64,000 nucleotides of DNA, from positions 1 through 64,000 of IMG/VR virus record IMGVR_UViG_3300016478_000246. One strand, given 5' to 3'. A program made the translations under genes and the position numbers. The stretch comes from a virus. The notes under the pieces were generated by a model. It ran no database searches. It was given only the letters and a program-made list of their open reading frames with translations, and had not been told where the DNA came from. Below, piece after piece: positions 49,701 through 58,918 of the stretch. Every line of letters begins with the position of its first letter. The stretch's first letter is position 1.

Positions 49701-52700
49701 GGCTCTGACAAAGAACTGATGATAGCCCCTGATGGTGATAAGCGATTTAAACTCATAGAGGGATTATCTGCGACCACATTTGAAGGAGCTTTTAATAATA
49801 GCATTGACGCACAAAAAATGTCAGCATTCTTTGGTGGGGATATTGATTTGTTCAATAGATTTATCACTGAAAACAGAGCCGCCCTTGAAAATGTATTAAA
49901 TCAATACTTCTCTGTTAAGGAGGAGACTGAGATTATCAATATCACAAATTCTATCAAAGAGGGAGACCCGTATAAATTAGGTGGTGCATTTGAAGTGTTT
50001 GCAGATGTTGTTAATAACAAATTTGCAGAAATGATTTCAGGACCACTTGCTGCTGAGCTGGCCAAAAATAATCCATCAAGAGAAGCTGTACTTGAAATAT
50101 TTGGAATAGAGCTCGAATTAACCAAAGATGGCGTCCCATCTGAAAGTGAGTCAAATAAAGAAAAGCTTGCCGCTGCTGAAAAATTTTCAAAAGAGTTTGA
50201 AAAGCTTCATAGGGTCCACATAACAAAAGAAAAGCTTGCCGAAATAGCTTTTAAATCATGGACTGCGTTTGAAGAAGGCCAAATGTTTCCAAAAGGCTCA
50301 TCAAAGAAAATATCAAGCAATGGAAGCGAACAGAATGCCTTTAAGATAATCCGTGACTTATACAAGCAAATGTTGGTGTTTAGTCCAATAGAGCATGAAG
50401 ATGAGAACGGTATTATATACAAATGGCATGCGGAATTTAACAACAAAAAAATTGATGGCAAACATGTTATTACCAGGGCGTACCCAGGAGAAGAAGATAG
50501 GCCGTTCATAGTTCAGGGGCGTACAACTCAAAATTCTCCAATACAAGCTATCCTCAACAACGTAGCGCGCTCCAACAAAACTATCAATGGTAAAAACCTG
50601 CGCAAGTACGCTCCTAAGAAAAGAGTGCTTGTAACACACTATGAGAGTGATGCTGTAACGTTGCTATGGGAGAAACGCATTGATAAGACAACCGTTGATC
50701 ATCCAGTGGTAGAAAATATGCACCTTGATGCAAGGGCTCATGGAGTTAATGAAGAGGCTCTCGTGAAGTACATATCTATCAGAGATGCTGCTATTGCTGA
50801 ATACAATAAAGCCAAGGGTTACGCATCAAACAAAGACCATACTGATGAAGACAGGGTTGCTATCCAGTCAGTATTACAAGAGTCTATCGAAGAAGAGTTG
50901 ATTGATAGTCTCGTTAAAAATGAGGCTGACACCAACTGGGCAATGGATGATCTTGATGAAATACTTTCAGGGAATACTCGTCGTCAGATTGTAAGCAACG
51001 AAATCCGTGATGCTAATAAAAACGGTCTTGCTGCTATGCGAGAATATCAGGAAAACTTCTCATCAGACTTTGCTGGCATCCAGGAAAGTACTTTAATTAT
51101 CAAAAGAGATGTGCCTTCCGCTAAGCCAGAGCAAGCTCCTGCTGAAGCCGCCGCAGCTCCACAAGAACAAATTGATGTAGTTCCTGAAGAGGAAACTGAG
51201 GCTGGTGTCGGATTACTTGATATTGGTGGAAGCCTTAGCGATATTGGTATGCCCAAAGATGATTTTGATGACGCGTTCTTAGTCAAAGAGGGTACATCTC
51301 AAGAGCAACTTGGTAGGGTTATTAATGTAAACACAGCATTGGCTTATTTAAGGCGCTTATTTCCTAACGCAGACATTAACACATTTAGATTCTTAGAGTC
51401 TGTTAGAGGGCAAGGAAAAGATGTTTTTGGGCGTTTTGTTGACGGTATAATTGAAGTTGAAAAAATTGCTAAATCAGATAACCTCTATGAGAACATAGTT
51501 CGTCATGAAGCATTCCATAAAGTGTGGCGTGAGTTCATGACCGCATCGGATAGAAAGATAGTTGTTGAGGCTTACCTTAAAACACTTCCTAAAGATGAGC
51601 AAGCTAAATATAGCAATATGAGTTATGCTTATTTGGCTATGGAACTTGAAGAGCACATAGCAAGGGCTTATCAGGTCTATAATAAAAACCAGGATATTAA
51701 ACCAGGACCAATGCGCAAAGCCATGTTATTCTTAAAGAGAATATTTAGAGACTTGATGCACTTCCTAACTGGCAATCCGGCAGAGTTAAACCATTATTTC
51801 AACTTGATTGACTATGGATTCTTTAATACTCAGTTTGATCAGTTTAGAGGCTCCAAAGGATACTATGGTATTATTAAAGACTTTCAGAGTGTTGATAACT
51901 ATATCTACGCTAAAGAGTTTGTTGCAGAGACTTACAAGTATTTCTTGTTTAATGGACGCGGGCCTTCAAAAATCCCAATGTCTCAGCAAGAAATGAACGC
52001 AGCAGTTATTTTAGTGGCTCAAGATAGACTCAATAAGCGCAAAGCGTTTCTTAACGCCAATGCTCAAAAGTATATGGACAAGGAGCTTACTAAAGAGCAG
52101 GTTGAAAAATATGAACAAGCTGAGAAGGAAGCTAAGGCTTATGAGATGTTATTACTATCTGACAAGGTTTTAAAAGACACTGAGAAGTTAAATGATTACA
52201 AAAAGATACTTGATGACGAAGCTATTGATAAAGAGTCTAAGGAATACAAGGAGGCTAAAGAGGCGTATGACAAAACTATTACACGAATCAATAAGGCTAA
52301 AAACCAGGACTTCCCAAGATTCTCAAAAATACTTGATGAGATTTTACCAGGCCGTGCAGACAATAAACTGGCCGCTGGTGTTTTAACGGTTGGGGATAAA
52401 GTTGAAGACACTGAAATCGACTACGAGGATGAAGAAGAGTTTAAAGACCCATCTGCCGACTCTGGCGTAACAGCATTATCTCCGTTTGAAGCCAACTCTG
52501 ACAAGCACGATAGGGAGACTAAAATGTTTGCAAGCGTTAAACACGCTTTATCAACTGCAAGAAATCTCCAATATAATACATTTATTGATGGTGGTTTGGC
52601 GTTTAGGATGGTGTTTAAGTGGTTTGAAGGATTGAACAATGATTCAAACGAAATCCTATTGCAAGTGCGCAACAGAATGATTAATGACGTTTTCAAAGGC

Positions 52701-55700
52701 GACCATAAAATTACTGATACTGAACTGATTAAAGATTATGGCAATAGGGAGGATGTGTCAATGTATTTTGCCCTTAAAGAAATATATGACATTGCATCGT
52801 CAAACTTTTATAGCAAAAGGTATTATGATGCAAATCCTGAACTGAAAGGCAGTAGGCTTGAGGATAATATCGCAGTAATCCTTGACAGCAAGGGTGACGT
52901 CGCTCATCTTGCAGTTCATAAAAAGGGTGAGGATATTAGCAAGGCTTTGTTGCAGGACTTAAAGAACAATGCTGATGTTATATTAATATCTGCAAAAGAC
53001 CTTAAGCTTGATAAAAACAACAAACATTTATTGCTCGTTCAAGAAATGATTGCTAAGGCAGCAAAAGAAGGGCTTACCCTTAAAGACTATGAAATCTCTG
53101 CGGTAATGCAAAAGGAGATATTTAGAAATACCTGGGTTGAAATACAAAACACTTTCTCCTCAATGAAAGAGTCGAACCTAATAGTTGTTAAACGAAAAGA
53201 TTCTTTTAAAGGTATTGAATACTCAGTTTCATCCGGGGCGAGCACTGAAAAGCAACAGTTGGTTATTAATAATGTCAAAGACGAGATTGCTAAGAAGTTT
53301 AAAACTAAGTCTGAGTTTATGGCATGGATTAAAACTCAGGCAACAACTTTTGATTTAAAGTCCGCAGACATTGATGCGATGACCGATGAGCAGCTTAAAG
53401 AAACTATCAAAGCATTCTTTAAGAGTATCGGCATAACAAGCAAGCCTGACTTTAAGAACACTACAAGAGTTGTTTGGGACTCAGTTGTGAGAGAATTAAA
53501 TTGGTTTAGCTCTGCGAACATGGTTAAATGGGCGGAGTCACAAGAGGCTAAAGCCGTCGACAAGGCTGCTGATGAAAACGACATGATTGCTGGTCGCAAG
53601 GATGAAGAAGATGCTGATTATATTGATGAGGTATTTGAAGAAGAGGGAACTATTCTTAACAAACTCGCGTCTGTAATATCAGCAGAAAATACTAAAAGAC
53701 GCGCAGGCTCATTCAGAGGCGCTGACGACAGAAAGCGATATACTATTGTTATGTCGGAGTTTGCGACTAAGGTTATAACCCAACTCAAGTCGCATGAGTT
53801 TGGAGTGAGAGGCGGCAACATTAAGCTACCAGATTACTTAAAGACTGACTTCATGCGTGCTAACCCAATTCTTGCGGGATTGCAAAAGATTCACAAATTC
53901 CACTTGCATGGTGGTAATAAATACTCAAACAATTATAGTGAAGATAAAGTAATTGACTACAATAAAGAAGGATTCCAGCAGTACATGGAAAGGTCATTTA
54001 TGGCCTACTTCATGCGTGGATTTAAAAAGGGTGGAAGTTCTGTTGAATACTTCCAGCCAGTGTATGTAAAATCTAACAGAAAAGATACTACTCCCGCAAA
54101 GATGAATGTCTTGACATCTGAAAAGATTATAAACACAATTTATCCACAGATATTTAATCAGCAATTATTACAAGACCCAGACTTGGGAGACAAATGGAAT
54201 GTTGATGATGAAGGAACTCCGGTAGATGTATTTAAGTTTGTTAACATGGGGCCGTTAAAACAGGCTGTCATAGATGCAACTGGCAATAAATTTACCAAAG
54301 AAAAGTTTATTGAAATGATGCGTCAGGGTAAGACCTGGAATGATTTAGACTCCATATTTGGTGAAGGCACTATAAACAAGGTCAAAGAAAATCTCAACAA
54401 ATACTTTGATGGTATTGCAAAACAGCTTGCTCAGCGCATGGTTACGGAAGGGGTTAAATTGCATGTTGATATGGCACAGATGGTTGAAAACTTGCTTGTG
54501 TTTGATGGCATGGACCCAAAGGTTGCTAAAGAAACTGTTGAAAAAGAGTTTAAAGACTTTGGTACTAATTTATTTCAGAGTGCAAGTGCTAATGCTAAAA
54601 AAGAAGGCAAAGGTATATACTCTAACAAAGCATCAATGCTTGAGGCCGCAGTAAGATTATTTGCTATGAACAACGAAGTTAATTCATATGCGCTTAATCA
54701 AATATTCACTGGTAATCAAAATGTGTTTGGCAAAGGAGTTTCGATACTTAAGCGTATGTCTGTCATCTTTGGTCCTGGTATGGGTATAGCTGTTGGACCT
54801 ATGGGTGCAAAAGTTAAATCAAACGTGCTTGTGCTTAAAGACCCAACCTATGGTAGCGAATATAGGAAGTTAATTTATGGGCAAGTAGGATTGACTGAGA
54901 GCGAAATAAGTGAGCTTCTTTCAAAGAACTCCAGAGGTGCAATAAATTACGCTGATGGACAGGGTTATATAACTCCTAAAAGAGCACAAGAGCTTAGACG
55001 GGCTGTTGGAGCATCCTACAATCTATCAACAGTTGGTAAGCCTTTGTGGTATGATATTGATGAAAATGGCGTTGCCCATGCAATTAAATACTCATGGATT
55101 GAGCTTACTGACGAGATTGTAAATAGTGACAGCACGGGAGGGTTAAAGGCCCTTAGGGAGCTTATGGAGAAGCATGATGTTGATGAAGCAGTATTTGCAT
55201 CAGCCGTTAAGGTTGGATTGCCAAAAGGCGTTGTTGACTGGGATGCCGTTATGAACAAGACTGCTGATGACGACATGGTTTCAAAAGCGATGCTTCAAAT
55301 GAAAAATGCTAACTATCGCTTGCAGCTTAACCCTGAGCATGGATTTGGTGATAATAACACCACCGTTCCATCACAGTTAATGTTTATCCTCAATATTTTA
55401 AACAACAATGTTGAAGAAGCTGATAAAGCTTATGATGCATTAATGAATTTATATAAGATTGGATTTAAGGAGCTTTCAGAGAAAATCAAGAAACATGGTA
55501 AGCTTAGTGAAGAGAAGGTTTTAGACACCCTTAAGACTAAGTTTAAATCATCTCCATCAGCAGAGATTGAATCTAATCTTTTGGATGAAGGTGTGACCAC
55601 CGATTGGCCAGCAATCACTAATAAAGCATTTAGCCAGATGACATCGTTATTCTCAAAGAACACTATTAACCAAAGGCTTAAAGGTGGTAAGACGGTATTG

Positions 55701-58700
55701 ATGGCGTCAAATGGCGTTACTGTCAATGGCAGAGAATTGTCTTATAGCGTTGAAGTTGATGCTGATGGAAGAAAGACGATAATGTCGGAAGCCGTTTTAA
55801 CAAGAGAAGCTGCCAAACAAATATTAACTCCTGAAGAATATAAAGAGTTGAATGATGCTATTGCAAAAGGCAGGACTCCTAATCTTATATTTACTAATGG
55901 TAATTTATTTGGCTATCGTATCCCATCTTCTGAATTGCACAGTGGTGTAGCTCTTAAGATAGTTGGACTTATTGATGGACCAGGAGTTAACATTGTTGTT
56001 CCTAAATACATTGTAGAGGTTCATGGTAGTGACTTTGACGTTGACTCGTTATTTGTTATTGGACGTGAAGTGGTTTATAATAAAGAAGGAGTTCTTATCA
56101 ATTACGATTGGGATAAAAAGAATAATCGCTATGAATTAAGAATTGCAACTGAGGATGAAATCGAAGCATTGCCTATTAAAGACAAGAAGCGCTACTATAA
56201 AAACATTGTAACAGAAATGCTTTTAAAAGCTATCTCAAAGCGTGAAAACTTTGTTCGTACCAACTCGGCCATCTCCCTTGCAGCCCTTGAAGGACTAAGG
56301 GTTAAGATTGCCAGAGAGACCGGTGGCAGCGTTGTAAAGAGTGAAAAGAACTTATCAAATGTTTTAGAGGCATTTGAAGTTCACCAATCATCACACAACG
56401 GTAGTGATGGTGTAGGTATCTTTGCAAGCTCATTTAAAGCCATAGCTTACGCTATGAGGGCTGGTCTCAACAAAGCAATCCCAAGAGTGACCATCAATGA
56501 TAATGATGATAGACAGAAGATTGTGTTTAATGGCAAATTAATTGATTTGTTGTCAAACAAGATAACAACTTTTGAAATGATTGATGCGCTTGTAAATGCT
56601 GCGGTTGATAACGTTAAGGAGCAAATACTTCCGTATTTTAATCTTAATGCAAACACCATGTCATCATTTGTTGGAATGCTGGCATTAGATGCAGGTGAAA
56701 CTAATGGCATCAGCAATTCAAATGAATTGGCTGGGCGTATGGCAAGACAGTTGTTCTTTAAGAATATCGCTGACTATAAATCTGGTAATAGCTTCATGGC
56801 GACTGCCGGAGTTATCAATGACATTGCAGAAGCGCTTAAAAAACTTGGCAAAGATATTCCTGAAAGTTACGAAGACTTGACCACCGAAGAGTTGACAAAA
56901 GCTTTAGCGTTTAACGAAAAGGCTGGTATTAACTCTTTAAATGAGCTGTATGAAAAACTTAAAAATACAACCGATGCAGAACTTATTGATTTTGCAGCAC
57001 AACAAGTTAAATTCTTTGAGTTTTACAAGAGCTTTAATAAAGTGGGTGAGGATTTGTCTAAGTTGTCTGGATTGATGTCGATACTAAGAGAGTTTCCATC
57101 TGATGCAATTGCCCTTGAAACTAAAGTAAAAGATTTTGGCTCAGTGTTTGAAGAAGTTGATGAAAAGATTGCTAAGCCTATAGATGGGGATTTAGAGAGA
57201 ACTATTGATTATTCAAAAGTAAAATCTAAAGATTCATTTAGCATAGATCTGCAAGAGCTGTTTATTACCGCACCGCACTTAGCTGAGGCGCACAAAGTAT
57301 TAACAGAGCTGTATTTAGCGACAGAGTTTTATTTCTTTAAACATAGCAAGGAGGTTAAAGCATTTGTTGAACAAGTATCTGGGATTACTGGTAAAATTCT
57401 TAACGAGACCAGCAACGAAGAAATTGCCGAGGGTGACAAAGAAGAAGGTGAAAGTAAATCATCCATGAAGCAAGACGTTAAGACTAAAGTCTCTATGCGT
57501 GATGATGTTATTAAGTTCTTAATTAATGCCATTAATTGGGACCCAGCATTTCCTGGGTACAACAATTTACCACCGGCAGAGATTGAGGTTAATAAAGAGA
57601 AGCGTACAGTTGCTGGTGTTGATGCGTTTAAAAAGCACTTTGGCGAAAAGATATATGCTCTGAAAGAGCACTTAAAAACTGTTTCATCAGAGCAGGGTGT
57701 TAACAAGAAAATCCTTATCAACAAGTTCATTAATGAACTATCACCACGCGTCGGTTGGGGTGGTATCACTGAGTGGTCTATGCCGCGCTCGGTTGATTTT
57801 AAATCTGAGGATTTAATACGTCTTAAGGCTGATTTTGAAAAGCTTAACAAGTATGATATTAAATACAACGAAGAAACTAAAAAATGGGAGGTTTCTGAAA
57901 CTGATGATTTAAGTTACAAAGAGTGGCAAAAAGATTTTGTTAGATATGGAACTATTGTTAATGGTATGTCTTTTGGGGCATCAAGCTTTTCACTTGCTTT
58001 ACCATCTGACTTGTACATGGGGCTTTCTGATGGGCTGAGGGCTATGGTTGAAGTTATTAAAAACAATCCAAAAATGCTTTATAATAACAAACATAGATTC
58101 TTTATTCAATACGCTTTTAACAACATATTAAAAGTTAAGTCTATTGACACCAAGGCTGAGAAAGAAGGAGCGTCATACTCCGGGTTTGTTGAGATTCAGG
58201 ACAAGGAACATTTCTTTAATTTAAAATTCCCTCTTGAAGTTACCAAGGATAAGGATAACAATGAAGTTGTTCATGACAACATGCCATCGTTAATTCGTAG
58301 GACTGGTAATAAAATCTCCGACATATTCATGCTTGTTGGTACTAAAGATAAGCATGCATATTATATAAGGCTTGGAGCACAACGCCCAACAATGACTTAC
58401 AATACAACTGAAGAAGAGTTTGTGGCAGCAGCCAGCACTGAATTTAAAGATAACAAAGACACTATTATGAGTCTTAATGAGTTTAAAGGAATGTCTGAAA
58501 TTGATGCTGAGGCTGTATGGTCCACCCTAAACGAACAAGTTAGGGCTGAAAGATTATTCTCGGTTAAAGTTGATACAACCATGCCGCATATTATAGTACC
58601 AAACACTCTTGAAGATAAATTTAAGGTGCAACCAGATTTAGTTGAAATGCTTGCTAAAAAATATGGTTCTGAACCATTTATGGCAATTGTTAGAAATCAG

Positions 58701-58916
58701 TCTGACATCACAATATCAAATCCAAGAGTTGTTATGCTTAAAAAGCGGTCAAGTGACTCGTTGGCGGTGGTTGGAACAAAAGAAGATGTAGTTGACAATA
58801 CATCATGGGAAGCTGTTAAAGATAATAATGTTATCAAGAGCAGCGGCTGGACTAAAGAAGACTGGGATGCAAAGTCACAGGAAGAAAAGGATCAATTTAT
58901 TAAATGTTACGTATAA
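43707..58916 (+). CDS. Giant virion RNA polymerase polyprotein (5069 aa): SF1-helicase-like, zincin and two-barrel RNAP domains
   Basis: GIAGTGKT (47640), VDEIG, GDPNQ, QGLT; HEAFH (51504); ADGQG, YRIP, GSDFDVD (56031-56045). Confidence 0.88.
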   Translation: MAKTIEDKALGLEFVSDDPLKSYNPSIAVKQTGDFNVPGIGTVSRESLAPVNLWQADPTRQEAVGQYMQGIDMADKYLSRENITPEDLDDINEVMYRNQSTVEAVANGFVSRAISILPKTLNTIGSIGGLGYGMMDYMFDAINPNEEADLGRSLNQGLDNFWVRGMNHWDESLKELMPVFGSKYGYYSDSLMDNLSSAKFWAEDGFDGLAFTASAFVPGAGWAKALDAMSKTAKGANFFAQTAKFAKYGKAAQAMNAMSKEQLVASGVDKLTNILTTATNVINESALEAYEATKNFDKDTFIAKRLQESPEAKRIMQLEEQVSMMRDDSEIAGLINPEEGPKAMKMRELQEAKDNLLNQLDEEYLEAKGQLGLNVFRANNMVLILPDYLQSKLFTKAFGNASKSIRAEARQAANKAIRTTALKEGFKQAGYAIGREGFWEENAQTAASTYYQEKAFGTPRIDNDVVGILDNMVKNATFQDKEGAKSIILGAAAGGLSSFGLGAYAQKQKNKEFDKEEKLWQNILNIAGASVKTAVDDWRALADENGNISTENFIKAFTFAKDKKDAIESQQVALLLGNEIAHELGRNDEITKLFWGEVSSVNGSKYISQEEAIEVIKGKLTALKEVDGADNETIAMADGFIAKVDKLSENLKNAEETINRVIDSEDKNAADNKDVLTRSLFFAMNKLAEVNDLIENGETISDRQKEALGALAEEYQEAIDALSDKNKVKGLVQKFTNDANYHLALQNQIAEETAKPKETQDPTKLKVLKYQLEEFYEIYGFQTNADKKSRRAWGTNGLRLGFAPTDVVNRGTLGLRDKYFYDLGRDALARNEVERLMADVNGDVTAAEIVSFVESENFHYLTKEEADRLSAIADSKAQALKEAKDNAIVIRDDFSIDTTAFDELSKSPDNIFTEATSSKPSELIGNAYAKKSQERTEFIGSEDKEMSFANNIRRRLATKFKRDTDTMIEKINEDIDSYSNIEAINERINATQDRIDVFEQSEDHKDLFKDDSAKFIESLKEQKVVLEQLKGAALNNKGNKEALDTKLKNIESQSMMSAFGLMLDGNKVKISNMALIEKIKAIVGVDVLNKLISNLETDGMVGDYVFIDKFMHDLTADQRTQISEAIKAEHAVVKDRLSKSVFRLKVADGRLDKYAAILENPQKILTVFLGSKKMFKKGADGYIFLTSTTNKKNIIDRYMIHGNLDLLLEEITIDNGKTLMAENVKLTAQDVTDVVEFLKDMIQMRNNARILSDLASTSDMSKFAKAEKDLLTSTTIGPSQQQRSTIKRIYKWLGDFSDTKNSGFSDMLIANGIAGTGKTMIVAKMLFKLLAKTAGINVNKNIMVLGATKEVADNLSNSIGKTIGATSKAVEDLKEEDLNDNISIIAVDEIGVLNIVRLGELAVKLRNVNAKRIEKGLNPIKLIGFGDPNQVTEVEGDNASRITELEGKVNEVQTTDLVDIKFAPTLMVQYRSDIDAINEAADEFSGRKKPVKNISAVSNVKSDEYEAKDAKGVHAYDNINSFIQRIEGFLKANEKKTITLAYNLPENKEEIYKRLSDEARKRVVFKNFFELQGLTIDNLFINVKVKGTDQKRFNSSMYMLLSRATNYVAINDNHRNFEQKVDPISMEKVADRNVEQKSKSKDAYDKVVEEELAVMGDVVIAKQPTLKKTPKVSTPPTQNDKPELNPVNHQPESPVEEEVDDTDDREITPEGKAELAAKEAERVKDKPDDAKIGDIIEDTWEPGQVKVENPRGANFKTADLKDGDKLFVLKITPGQIKGGPKEVAILVKEIEVAGEKKYIEVAWLNKKEVKDLGLEDHPLFKSKKGVDRSNDNDMYSDVEHAMFKDEDGNLVQVNVDAARGFKVKYDPNIKATGNIISDTAGYIADKFKVLTGKLNVEYFLPTRSTMDKTNPKNAYSNLPLDLGVPYLIFTLPNGKTIHVRLNPKPFTKDNSWTINGVSAFERLRLFTEGSAAIIKWLEENSIATSIGSFSYRDLLHAIGSDKELMIAPDGDKRFKLIEGLSATTFEGAFNNSIDAQKMSAFFGGDIDLFNRFITENRAALENVLNQYFSVKEETEIINITNSIKEGDPYKLGGAFEVFADVVNNKFAEMISGPLAAELAKNNPSREAVLEIFGIELELTKDGVPSESESNKEKLAAAEKFSKEFEKLHRVHITKEKLAEIAFKSWTAFEEGQMFPKGSSKKISSNGSEQNAFKIIRDLYKQMLVFSPIEHEDENGIIYKWHAEFNNKKIDGKHVITRAYPGEEDRPFIVQGRTTQNSPIQAILNNVARSNKTINGKNLRKYAPKKRVLVTHYESDAVTLLWEKRIDKTTVDHPVVENMHLDARAHGVNEEALVKYISIRDAAIAEYNKAKGYASNKDHTDEDRVAIQSVLQESIEEELIDSLVKNEADTNWAMDDLDEILSGNTRRQIVSNEIRDANKNGLAAMREYQENFSSDFAGIQESTLIIKRDVPSAKPEQAPAEAAAAPQEQIDVVPEEETEAGVGLLDIGGSLSDIGMPKDDFDDAFLVKEGTSQEQLGRVINVNTALAYLRRLFPNADINTFRFLESVRGQGKDVFGRFVDGIIEVEKIAKSDNLYENIVRHEAFHKVWREFMTASDRKIVVEAYLKTLPKDEQAKYSNMSYAYLAMELEEHIARAYQVYNKNQDIKPGPMRKAMLFLKRIFRDLMHFLTGNPAELNHYFNLIDYGFFNTQFDQFRGSKGYYGIIKDFQSVDNYIYAKEFVAETYKYFLFNGRGPSKIPMSQQEMNAAVILVAQDRLNKRKAFLNANAQKYMDKELTKEQVEKYEQAEKEAKAYEMLLLSDKVLKDTEKLNDYKKILDDEAIDKESKEYKEAKEAYDKTITRINKAKNQDFPRFSKILDEILPGRADNKLAAGVLTVGDKVEDTEIDYEDEEEFKDPSADSGVTALSPFEANSDKHDRETKMFASVKHALSTARNLQYNTFIDGGLAFRMVFKWFEGLNNDSNEILLQVRNRMINDVFKGDHKITDTELIKDYGNREDVSMYFALKEIYDIASSNFYSKRYYDANPELKGSRLEDNIAVILDSKGDVAHLAVHKKGEDISKALLQDLKNNADVILISAKDLKLDKNNKHLLLVQEMIAKAAKEGLTLKDYEISAVMQKEIFRNTWVEIQNTFSSMKESNLIVVKRKDSFKGIEYSVSSGASTEKQQLVINNVKDEIAKKFKTKSEFMAWIKTQATTFDLKSADIDAMTDEQLKETIKAFFKSIGITSKPDFKNTTRVVWDSVVRELNWFSSANMVKWAESQEAKAVDKAADENDMIAGRKDEEDADYIDEVFEEEGTILNKLASVISAENTKRRAGSFRGADDRKRYTIVMSEFATKVITQLKSHEFGVRGGNIKLPDYLKTDFMRANPILAGLQKIHKFHLHGGNKYSNNYSEDKVIDYNKEGFQQYMERSFMAYFMRGFKKGGSSVEYFQPVYVKSNRKDTTPAKMNVLTSEKIINTIYPQIFNQQLLQDPDLGDKWNVDDEGTPVDVFKFVNMGPLKQAVIDATGNKFTKEKFIEMMRQGKTWNDLDSIFGEGTINKVKENLNKYFDGIAKQLAQRMVTEGVKLHVDMAQMVENLLVFDGMDPKVAKETVEKEFKDFGTNLFQSASANAKKEGKGIYSNKASMLEAAVRLFAMNNEVNSYALNQIFTGNQNVFGKGVSILKRMSVIFGPGMGIAVGPMGAKVKSNVLVLKDPTYGSEYRKLIYGQVGLTESEISELLSKNSRGAINYADGQGYITPKRAQELRRAVGASYNLSTVGKPLWYDIDENGVAHAIKYSWIELTDEIVNSDSTGGLKALRELMEKHDVDEAVFASAVKVGLPKGVVDWDAVMNKTADDDMVSKAMLQMKNANYRLQLNPEHGFGDNNTTVPSQLMFILNILNNNVEEADKAYDALMNLYKIGFKELSEKIKKHGKLSEEKVLDTLKTKFKSSPSAEIESNLLDEGVTTDWPAITNKAFSQMTSLFSKNTINQRLKGGKTVLMASNGVTVNGRELSYSVEVDADGRKTIMSEAVLTREAAKQILTPEEYKELNDAIAKGRTPNLIFTNGNLFGYRIPSSELHSGVALKIVGLIDGPGVNIVVPKYIVEVHGSDFDVDSLFVIGREVVYNKEGVLINYDWDKKNNRYELRIATEDEIEALPIKDKKRYYKNIVTEMLLKAISKRENFVRTNSAISLAALEGLRVKIARETGGSVVKSEKNLSNVLEAFEVHQSSHNGSDGVGIFASSFKAIAYAMRAGLNKAIPRVTINDNDDRQKIVFNGKLIDLLSNKITTFEMIDALVNAAVDNVKEQILPYFNLNANTMSSFVGMLALDAGETNGISNSNELAGRMARQLFFKNIADYKSGNSFMATAGVINDIAEALKKLGKDIPESYEDLTTEELTKALAFNEKAGINSLNELYEKLKNTTDAELIDFAAQQVKFFEFYKSFNKVGEDLSKLSGLMSILREFPSDAIALETKVKDFGSVFEEVDEKIAKPIDGDLERTIDYSKVKSKDSFSIDLQELFITAPHLAEAHKVLTELYLATEFYFFKHSKEVKAFVEQVSGITGKILNETSNEEIAEGDKEEGESKSSMKQDVKTKVSMRDDVIKFLINAINWDPAFPGYNNLPPAEIEVNKEKRTVAGVDAFKKHFGEKIYALKEHLKTVSSEQGVNKKILINKFINELSPRVGWGGITEWSMPRSVDFKSEDLIRLKADFEKLNKYDIKYNEETKKWEVSETDDLSYKEWQKDFVRYGTIVNGMSFGASSFSLALPSDLYMGLSDGLRAMVEVIKNNPKMLYNNKHRFFIQYAFNNILKVKSIDTKAEKEGASYSGFVEIQDKEHFFNLKFPLEVTKDKDNNEVVHDNMPSLIRRTGNKISDIFMLVGTKDKHAYYIRLGAQRPTMTYNTTEEEFVAAASTEFKDNKDTIMSLNEFKGMSEIDAEAVWSTLNEQVRAERLFSVKVDTTMPHIIVPNTLEDKFKVQPDLVEMLAKKYGSEPFMAIVRNQSDITISNPRVVMLKKRSSDSLAVVGTKEDVVDNTSWEAVKDNNVIKSSGWTKEDWDAKSQEEKDQFIKCYV

Positions 58917-58918
58917 TA

